Program-made: the position numbers and the translations under genes
Notes under the pieces: model-generated
Told to the model about the DNA's origin: nothing
Databases searched by the model: none
The model's input: the letters and a program-made list of their open reading frames with translations, nothing else
Virus record (IMG/VR): IMGVR_UViG_3300037467_003078
Reading direction: 5' to 3' (one strand)
Source: a virus
Length of the DNA stretch: 64,000 nt
In this document: piece by piece, positions 57,406-64,000 of the stretch
How the letters are laid out: every line of letters starts with the position of its first letter
Numbering within the stretch: position 1 is the first letter of the stretch

Positions 57406-58077
57406 TTACTCCTCAGTAGTTTCTACTTCGTCTGTTTCTCCTTCGTCCTCAGAAGGGCTTGCAAGGAAGTCGGCAGGTAAGCCATTAATAAATGTTAAAA
57501 ATTGGTATACAATCATATTAACAGTTTGTTGGTCTTCTTCTTCCTTAAATTCAGCATATTTATTCCATACAGGTTTACCATTCTCTGCATATTCTGTACA
57601 CTTATGAATTAAGAATGACATCTTAGCCTCGTCAGCTTTTGCCTCAGCAGTATTATTGAAATATTTTTGCTTTTCTTGTTGTAAAGCAAACATTTCATCA
57701 CGAAGTTCTTCAATCTTCATCTCGATAGGCAACATGTTTTTCTCTGTTTCCATCTTAGATAGCAATGTTAATTGCTTATTGATTTCTTCACGAATCTGCT
57801 CAATACGCTCGTCATCTTTCTTAGTCCATAGTTTTTTCTTTTTAATTAATTCTTCCATTTCACGATTAGTTGGAATGTCGTCCATAATAGCTTGTTGGAA
57901 TACTTTAGAATACTCCCAATCTGCTAATCGGTTCTCCTCTACCTTTGGATAGCGAATTTGTAGTAAACCGTATTTCTCACTGTCAAAAACTCGTCTTCCA
58001 GTTTGAACCTCTGTCATTTTTTCACGCTTATCCTTATTGCTCATTTCCTGACTTTCTTTCTTTTTAGCCTCTGCCAT
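57406..58077 (-). CDS. Tail assembly chaperone, G-like
   Basis: Helical, charged protein with an acidic tail, upstream of the T-like ORF and the TMP. Confidence 0.75.
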   Translation of the reverse strand: MAEAKKKESQEMSNKDKREKMTEVQTGRRVFDSEKYGLLQIRYPKVEENRLADWEYSKVFQQAIMDDIPTNREMEELIKKKKLWTKKDDERIEQIREEINKQLTLLSKMETEKNMLPIEMKIEELRDEMFALQQEKQKYFNNTAEAKADEAKMSFLIHKCTEYAENGKPVWNKYAEFKEEEDQQTVNMIVYQFLTFINGLPADFLASPSEDEGETDEVETTEE

Positions 58078-58107
58078 TCCTTAGCACCTTCCTTTGTTTT
58101 AATAAAA

Positions 58108-58138
58108 TAAAAAAGAGACATTATTAGAAAATGTCTCT
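58108..58138 (-). terminator. Intrinsic terminator upstream of the G-like chaperone
   Basis: AGAGACAUU-N7-AAUGUCUCU-UUUUU. Confidence 0.8.
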
Positions 58139-58169
58139 TACGGTTTCAGTAGTTAGTCCTTACGCAAAA

Positions 58170-58427
58170 TTAGTCTTCTTCTTTATCGAAGTCGAACTGT
58201 TCATTAATTTGAGGTGTATACTTGACTTCATATTTATCAAGTTCCTCTGCAATTTTGCGAATTTCATCATTTCCTGACCTAAGAATCATCTTTCTAATTC
58301 TTCCGAACTGTTTAGGGTCAACTCCTGACATTTCCATAAGATTCAATGAGTCCTTAAAGACTTTCTTGATACTCTTGGATATGGCACGATTTAGCCTATC
58401 TTTGTCCTCGTTCATGCTCACTTGCAC
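58170..58427 (-). CDS. Hypothetical protein
   Basis: 85-aa ORF with an AGGGGG RBS, followed by a terminator. Confidence 0.6.
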   Translation of the reverse strand: MQVSMNEDKDRLNRAISKSIKKVFKDSLNLMEMSGVDPKQFGRIRKMILRSGNDEIRKIAEELDKYEVKYTPQINEQFDFDKEED

Positions 58428-58543
58428 AAACCCCCTTTCCTTGCTATTCCTTTATACCTAAGTAATTCCTTCTATATTCAATTTTTATATAGAACGTATG
58501 CACTAGTCCTCGTAAGGAATCTAGTGCTGACCCTATATGGTCT

Positions 58544-58693
58544 TTATTCTTTGTTTAGTGGGCAAACCTCTAGGTGCTCGTAATATTCTTGAGCAGTTGC
58601 AATTTCGTCCCAATCTGTCTCGTCTGCATTAATTACTTGAAATTCTTTACCACAACCACATGTGATAAAAGAGAATGAAAAATTTACTGCCAT
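58544..58693 (-). CDS. Unannotated 49-aa putative Zn-binding protein
   Basis: RBS AGGAGG then MAVNFSFSFITCGCGKEFQVINADETDWDEIATAQEYYEHLEVCPLNKE*; CxC...HxxxC. Confidence 0.65.
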   Translation of the reverse strand: MAVNFSFSFITCGCGKEFQVINADETDWDEIATAQEYYEHLEVCPLNKE

Positions 58694-58705
58694 TTTTACT
58701 GCCTC

Positions 58706-60241
58706 CTATTGTCTAATTAAAGCACTTTGTAGTTCAAATACAGTGTTTGCAGTTCCACCATTTGCATATCTAACTCTTACATATCGAGATATAACCATAT
58801 CTTCTAGTGTGGTAGGAGTATTAGCAGTAACATTTGCTGTTGCTGTTGTTCTCCATGTTGAGCCATCTCTTGATTGCTCTAGATATACTGTTCCTGTTTG
58901 GTCTGCAAAAACCAGTGCTCTATGTCTATTAATTGAATGATTAGAACCTAAGTCTAGCGTAGTACCTGTAAATGTAGCCGATATTCCTAATGCTGTAGTT
59001 GAGTGAACAAATGTCATTGATTTATCAAAGTCGATTGCTCCGTCTTGACGAACATACATTCCCTGAATAAAGAATGATGTTTGTGCAGTAGAACCATTGA
59101 TAAATTTCCAACGGAAATACCTAGCTGTTATAGGCAAGTCGAAAGTACGATAATTTCCATCAGAAGGAATTGGAATACGATGTGTCTCCCTAAAGTTAGT
59201 GTTGTCAGTGGAAATTTCAAATGTTAGATGACCGGGTACTAAACCTGCTGTATGTTGAACAGAAACCCTAAAACGATTATATAATTGTGTACTAGAACCA
59301 TTGTCAATGGAACTAGCAGTGTATGTAGCACTCGCACCTAAGTTTGTTGTTGAGCTTGAGCCTAGAACACCTGCTACAACATATTGAGTAGGTGTGTTTA
59401 ATACTTGGACTCCGATTGCTTGACCCGGAGATGAAACACCTCTACCTGCTGTAATTTCAGCAGTTAACTCAGATGAATCCATAACAGTAACAAAATTAAC
59501 CTTTAAGTCTGTTGCTGACGCAGGAGCAGTACCTAAGTTCTTTGCTCTAATACGAATCTTATATAAAGCAGTTGGGTCAGGAGCAGAGTTCTGACGAACA
59601 AACGAAGCACTTCTACCATTAGCACTATCTTGTGCTCTAGTGTGAAACCACACTTCATCTGAAAACAATTCAATCTCGAAATTTTGATATGAAGTTACAG
59701 CATTAGCAATATACTGAGCAGATGAAGCCAACATTGTACCTCCGCCATTTTGAACCTCATACACTCCATACTGTGCACTTGAGTTATCAGCGTAGTCAAT
59801 TCTCCAAGACGCTTTATTTAAACCATCTGCTACTAGAGTAACAGGGTCAACAGATACAGCCTCAACATAGAATTGTTGATTTACTATTTTCTGAGAAATC
59901 ATTAATCCAATCATAGCACGAAATGGGTCTGTAAAAGCCTCCGTAGATTGAATAATAGTCTCCGAGTTGATTGTAGTGCCTGTATTAATTTTTAATTCAC
60001 TATTGGCAACTGTTATAGTATGACCTGAGCCTGTTTGAAGAACTTCCCATTTACCTGCATTTAATACTGAGCCATTAAAGTCTGCTCTCCATTTTTTTTG
60101 CAATGATTTTATTTTAAACATATCATCTGCTTTATCGTATGCTATGCTTTCTTTTACAGAAGTATCAGTGATAGGTTGATTTTGTCCATTGTTTCTTGCC
60201 GATGTGTATATCGTACCTTGTTGATTTAAAAAATCCGGCAT
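58706..60241 (-). CDS. Virion-associated beta-rich protein (tail decoration / lectin-like) with a duplicated C-terminal domain
   Basis: Start moved to ATG 60241 (RBS AAGGAGGT). Two C-terminal repeats (LGASATYT...EISTD..FR...ARYFR / LGISATFT...EQSRDG..WR...SRYVR). Confidence 0.6.
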   Translation of the reverse strand: MPDFLNQQGTIYTSARNNGQNQPITDTSVKESIAYDKADDMFKIKSLQKKWRADFNGSVLNAGKWEVLQTGSGHTITVANSELKINTGTTINSETIIQSTEAFTDPFRAMIGLMISQKIVNQQFYVEAVSVDPVTLVADGLNKASWRIDYADNSSAQYGVYEVQNGGGTMLASSAQYIANAVTSYQNFEIELFSDEVWFHTRAQDSANGRSASFVRQNSAPDPTALYKIRIRAKNLGTAPASATDLKVNFVTVMDSSELTAEITAGRGVSSPGQAIGVQVLNTPTQYVVAGVLGSSSTTNLGASATYTASSIDNGSSTQLYNRFRVSVQHTAGLVPGHLTFEISTDNTNFRETHRIPIPSDGNYRTFDLPITARYFRWKFINGSTAQTSFFIQGMYVRQDGAIDFDKSMTFVHSTTALGISATFTGTTLDLGSNHSINRHRALVFADQTGTVYLEQSRDGSTWRTTATANVTANTPTTLEDMVISRYVRVRYANGGTANTVFELQSALIRQ

Positions 60242-60353
60242 TTTATTACCTCCTTGTTTATTTAACGTTCTAGCCCCCAAAAAATTGAGGGCTAAAGGCT
60301 ATAGTATGTCATTTAGACTATATACAGACCAACCTGTTCCTAGGTCGGCTGAA

Positions 60354-61877
60354 TTAGGGCATAGCCAAAGTCACTTTGTCAGAGATAAGTACATTGTGTG
60401 CTAGGAACTCAAATGATTGAGTAGCGTCCGAATCAACTCGAACGTCCCAACTTTCTGATTGTGGGATTAAGTTTCTAACATATACTGATTTGATTGCATA
60501 TTTGTCAGGGTGTCCTGCCGGTAACTTAGCACGCTTAACATCAGTCTCACGGAAGATTTTGATTAATAATCCTTTATCTTTAACTAAGTCACTTAATGCG
60601 ATTTCATCTACTGTGTTGATGTCTGAGTATCCTGCAAAACGAGCCATCATTTCTAAGTCAGAATCTTTTAACTCTAAAGACACAGAAACATTTACAGGTA
60701 ACTGCATTGGACGCTCATAAGGGAACGAAGAACCTAATTCGTCTAACTGGTCACGCTGTAAAGGTACAGAGATACGAGCAGATTGAACACGAGCAGTTCT
60801 AGTTGCGTCAGGAGTACCTGCTTTGTCAACTAAGTATAACTCGATTTGCCCTTCTTTTACTCCACCTGCTAATTCAGGGTGTGGGTCTTCTAAAGCAGGA
60901 ACAGGAGAGAATAATCGTCCACCAGTAGCAGAAGTGTAACGAACTTTTAGTAAGTCACCTGCTGTTGGAGTTGGAGTTAATGTCATAGTAGTACCTGTTA
61001 CAGTGAAATCTGTACCCTCTACTAACTCAACACCGTTCTTAACTGCTTTAAGAATTTTCTTACCATTAGCAAGAATCCAAGGAGTTTGAGATAATGTTAC
61101 AGTTGGAGTTGCAGTTAACTTGTACTCGTCAACAATCATTTGTGCTGAGTCATTTAAGAACCAACGCTTGTTGTCAGTCTCTAAACGATAAGAAGCAGAC
61201 GCTACACCGTTTACTTGGAAACCTAAGTCTAAGTTATTTACATATACTCTTTCCATATACATTGTACGCTTAACATTGTTACCTTGACCTGATTCTTTAA
61301 CAGGAACAAAGATGTCAGCTTTACATAATTCAAAGTCTAACTCAGTAACTTGAGCGAATGTACGAGTATCAGTGATATTCGCTTGAGTACATACACCTGC
61401 TGTTGGTGCTAAGTCAGCAATCTTAATTCCTCCACCTGCCGGTACAGTTGAACTAACTTGTGCTTGAGTACCAGTTACAGCAGGTAATAAGTATACAGCA
61501 GTAGCAGTTGAGCCTGTTACAGTTAAAGTAGCACCCGGAAATAAAATACGATTTCCTTGATACATATAAGAACCCGGTCTAACTCGAACGCTAGTAGTAC
61601 CGATAGCTGACGCACTTGGCACTGCTACAACTTGACAGCCATATCCTTTGTTAGTTAATAAGCCTAAGATTTCATTTGTTCCATTTTCATTTGCGTCAAT
61701 AGAAACATCAACTTGTGGTACATCGTCCACGATTTCTACGATATTAAGTGTACCTAATTCTTTCATGTCTTCTGTAGTTAAACGAGAAGATGAACCTAAC
61801 GCTTGAACACGGTTTACTTGAGCGTCATCAATGAAAGGTGCAGTACCGTTATATCTTACACGACTAGATTTTGCCAT
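60354..61877 (-). CDS. Major tail tube protein with an inserted Ig-like domain
   Basis: Position after the tail terminator; RVQALGSSS..ELG and RVQSARISV..ELG tube-like halves; VKNGVELVEGTDFTV insert. No sheath gene nearby. Confidence 0.75.
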   Translation of the reverse strand: MAKSSRVRYNGTAPFIDDAQVNRVQALGSSSRLTTEDMKELGTLNIVEIVDDVPQVDVSIDANENGTNEILGLLTNKGYGCQVVAVPSASAIGTTSVRVRPGSYMYQGNRILFPGATLTVTGSTATAVYLLPAVTGTQAQVSSTVPAGGGIKIADLAPTAGVCTQANITDTRTFAQVTELDFELCKADIFVPVKESGQGNNVKRTMYMERVYVNNLDLGFQVNGVASASYRLETDNKRWFLNDSAQMIVDEYKLTATPTVTLSQTPWILANGKKILKAVKNGVELVEGTDFTVTGTTMTLTPTPTAGDLLKVRYTSATGGRLFSPVPALEDPHPELAGGVKEGQIELYLVDKAGTPDATRTARVQSARISVPLQRDQLDELGSSFPYERPMQLPVNVSVSLELKDSDLEMMARFAGYSDINTVDEIALSDLVKDKGLLIKIFRETDVKRAKLPAGHPDKYAIKSVYVRNLIPQSESWDVRVDSDATQSFEFLAHNVLISDKVTLAMP

Positions 61878-61924
61878 TATAGAATCTCTCCTTTTTTATT
61901 TTAAATTTAATGATTATTATACTA

Positions 61925-62614
61925 TTATATATTAATAGTTAAATCTACTATTATTTCCGATAAAAACTTCGGGTTGTCTCCTATATCTAAACTTCCACCT
62001 TTACGATAATTTATGCTATCACATAGCATATACCCTATAATTTGAGATGTTTCATCGAAACTACTATTCTTGCTACCATCTGAGTTAGTAGGAAAGTTAA
62101 TATTGTAGTCTACTACAGGAACATTGCCTTCTTCAAACATTTCCATTATAGTATCAGTAATATCGTTTCTCTCTCCTCCTCTTTCTGACCAAACCTCGAA
62201 CACCCATGTTGAGTGCATTTCTTTTCTAGGATTTCCTAATTCAAAAGGACGGTCTGTTCTTTCATCTTCATACACTGCAACAGCAGGATATTTGAAATCT
62301 TCATTTGTAGGACTCTTGCTTTCATCATATATATTGATTGGACAATATGTGTAGCTTACTTCAACAACATCAGAGGAGGTTAGTGCTGTATTGAAAATAA
62401 TGATACCTTCGATATAGTTTACAGAATATAGTGTATTGCTTTTAAGTATACCATTGACATATACACTTACTTGGCTATTTGTCTGTATATTATTATATTT
62501 AAGATTATACACACTAAAGTTTGCACTTTTAGGCTTTTCCTTGTCTCTATACCTAGACAATGCCTCTTGAACTGCATAATACAAAGATAGTTCTACTAAT
62601 CTTGTTTTCTTCAA
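61925..62614 (-). CDS. Tail terminator/completion protein
   Basis: Synteny (just upstream of the tube); YPAVAVYE...FEVW...ERNDITD pattern. Confidence 0.6.
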   Translation of the reverse strand: MKKTRLVELSLYYAVQEALSRYRDKEKPKSANFSVYNLKYNNIQTNSQVSVYVNGILKSNTLYSVNYIEGIIIFNTALTSSDVVEVSYTYCPINIYDESKSPTNEDFKYPAVAVYEDERTDRPFELGNPRKEMHSTWVFEVWSERGGERNDITDTIMEMFEEGNVPVVDYNINFPTNSDGSKNSSFDETSQIIGYMLCDSINYRKGGSLDIGDNPKFLSEIIVDLTINI

Positions 62615-62628
62615 CTAGGTTCACCTCC

Positions 62629-63354
62629 TCAATTGTTTCTCAGGTATTTAGATATTCCTTCGTGAAGAATTTGTGTTACTTCTTCTTGCGAACTCTCAAG
62701 TCCTCTGCTAAATATTCTACCCGGTTTAACACCACGATGGAAAAATCTTTGTGCTTGTTGATGTTGGAGTTTGTCTAGGCTCTTTCCACTTATCATGAAG
62801 TAACCCTTCTTTCTTCCTCCACCTTCTCCTCTTACCTTACTTAAAGATGGTCCTAATAGGAAATCCTTATCAGGTCTAGGAGTATATGTAATAGCAAAGT
62901 CTTTTAATATTCTTCCTTTAGCTTTCTTCTCCCCCGAACCAAACTCTGCTATAATCCATTTAGGCATTTGTTCTTCTTGTTTCAGCTTGAAGGTTCTAAT
63001 CTTTGTTATTCGACCACCATTCATTTGAACTACATGGTCTTGTATTTGGAAGTTACGCTTTGCTTCTACCCCTAAGTTCATTTCAGGTATGTATGCAAAA
63101 CCCATAGTTAACTTGCTTGGTGTAGAATAGACATTACCATGTTTAGCCTCACTAGCTAGTAGATTATGGAAGTCACCTGATTGTTCATAATCGTATCCTG
63201 ACGCTCCTCCACCTGCTACCTCGTCCAATACATATCTACCCATAGCTTTACTAGCTGTCTTACCTGCCTCAGTTAACTCTCTGCTTTTCATCATTCCTTT
63301 GAAGACACTGTTGATGTGTTTTTCTAAATCTTGAAAGTTTGTTGATGTTTTCAT
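62629..63354 (-). CDS. Neck / tail-completion protein (HK97 gp10-like position)
   Basis: Synteny; basic; C-terminal HRGVKPGRIFSRGL. Confidence 0.5.
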   Translation of the reverse strand: MKTSTNFQDLEKHINSVFKGMMKSRELTEAGKTASKAMGRYVLDEVAGGGASGYDYEQSGDFHNLLASEAKHGNVYSTPSKLTMGFAYIPEMNLGVEAKRNFQIQDHVVQMNGGRITKIRTFKLKQEEQMPKWIIAEFGSGEKKAKGRILKDFAITYTPRPDKDFLLGPSLSKVRGEGGGRKKGYFMISGKSLDKLQHQQAQRFFHRGVKPGRIFSRGLESSQEEVTQILHEGISKYLRNN

Positions 63355-63359
63355 TTATA

Positions 63360-63854
63360 TCACGCCTTCAAACTTAATGTCATTGATATTTCATAGAAGT
63401 TGCCTTGTAAGTATCCTGCTTGAAAACTCTTTAGGACATACTTAGCACCTTTCCATTCAAAATAATCATATTGGTCAAGGAACTTTTTGATGTCATCATA
63501 GCTGTCCATATTGTATGTTCCACCTACATTAAGCACTGTATCAATTTCAACCTTGTCTATTGTAGCTAGTATTTCACCGTTTGTTAGTCTTCCGACTTTA
63601 GCATAATCAAAAGTAAAGTCTTGTTCCGTCTCTACAGATGAAGGTATAGTATAGAATACATCTGCTGTTACTTTTCCTTTTCCGTCACATGTGTCACAAT
63701 AAGGGTCTGTTGATTCTCCTCTGATTGGGTCAAACTTACAACTAGGGCAGTCTGACTCGTTATGCTTACATATTTTAAGAGTTTCGTTTAATACATGATT
63801 TAAACTGCTTATTGATTTAAGCATATTTCTAAGATTGGATTCAGGTATATTCAT
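63360..63854 (-). CDS. Head-closure (stopper)-like protein with a CxxC...CxxC motif
   Basis: Synteny; CPSC...CDTCDGKG. Confidence 0.5.
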   Translation of the reverse strand: MNIPESNLRNMLKSISSLNHVLNETLKICKHNESDCPSCKFDPIRGESTDPYCDTCDGKGKVTADVFYTIPSSVETEQDFTFDYAKVGRLTNGEILATIDKVEIDTVLNVGGTYNMDSYDDIKKFLDQYDYFEWKGAKYVLKSFQAGYLQGNFYEISMTLSLKA

Positions 63855-63859
63855 CTATA

Positions 63860-64000
63860 TCACTCCATTCTTATTCCTTTGATACTTCCACCATTTTTCA
63901 TTCGATAAAGAGTTTGTTTGTATTCTTTATCAATGAACTCTAATGTGTCCTTGTGGTCAGCAGATTGATTGGTATTATCTAGAGTTAATCTACCTTTAAC
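63860..64000 (-). CDS. C-terminal fragment of the upstream gene (likely head-tail adaptor)
   Basis: Open frame from the window edge: VKGRLTLDNTNQSADHKD...KGIRME*. Confidence 0.5.
   Translation of the reverse strand, partial: VKGRLTLDNTNQSADHKDTLEFIDKEYKQTLYRMKNGGSIKGIRME

Noticed and set aside
57187-57474. Canonical group I or group II intron in the chaperone gap
   Set aside because: I found no group I R/S (P7) elements such as GACUA...AUAGUC in the correct order, no convincing P1 with a U-G splice-site pair, and no group II GUGYG start or domain V. A non-canonical intron remains possible and is covered in the top finding.
57400-57520. Standard -1 or +1 frameshift, or stop-codon readthrough, linking G and T
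   Set aside because: There is no XXXYYYZ heptamer near the G end (CAA TTT TTA has only five Ts), both alternative frames close within a few codons, and six in-frame stops of all three types exclude readthrough.
658-62778. All plus-strand ORFs and the short alternative-frame minus-strand ORFs in the track
   Set aside because: They overlap longer, motif-bearing minus-strand genes, lack RBSs, and read as antisense or off-frame shadows.
1-64000. Alternative genetic code (stop reassignment), tRNA/rRNA genes, integrase or IS elements
   Set aside because: Genes are full length under code 11, with TAA, TAG and TGA all used as stops. Intergenic gaps are short and show no cloverleaf, and no recombinase or transposase motifs were seen.

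Overview
This window is a 64-kb segment of a large, AT-rich tailed phage genome, most likely a long-tailed siphovirus infecting Bacillus or a related Firmicute. The host inference rests on sigmaA-type promoters, AAGGAGG RBSs, class Ib NrdIEF and an amidase endolysin. Every credible gene is on the minus strand; the plus-strand ORFs are antisense shadows. In transcription order (right to left) the window holds: (1) head-tail joining genes and the tail tube; (2) tail assembly chaperones; (3) a ~3068-aa tape measure protein with several peptidoglycan hydrolase and binding domains; (4) baseplate genes and an unusually large set of fibre/receptor-binding proteins, including a 2850-aa multidomain protein; (5) a lysis cassette; (6) PhoH; (7) a replication/recombination module (initiator with a likely internal origin, RecA, DnaB, DnaG, SSB, DnaE, sigma factor, Cas4-like nuclease); and (8) a nucleotide-metabolism module ending in NrdI-NrdE-NrdF. 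The most striking observation is at the tail-chaperone locus. The G-like and T-like ORFs are in the SAME frame, separated by ~220 nt containing six in-frame stops, and the T-like ORF has no Shine-Dalgarno sequence. A long-range helix closes the gap, flanked by matching CCU-UCY (Pro-Ser) codon pairs. This is a candidate ~270-nt translational bypass or non-canonical intron replacing the usual -1 frameshift. Other leads are a hairpin+ACGT late-promoter-like motif, Met/His-rich metal-binding loops in the giant tail protein, a catalytically dead HD-fold protein, iterons inside the initiator gene, and codon-level avoidance of several restriction sites. All family assignments come from motifs recognised by eye; no database searches were run.
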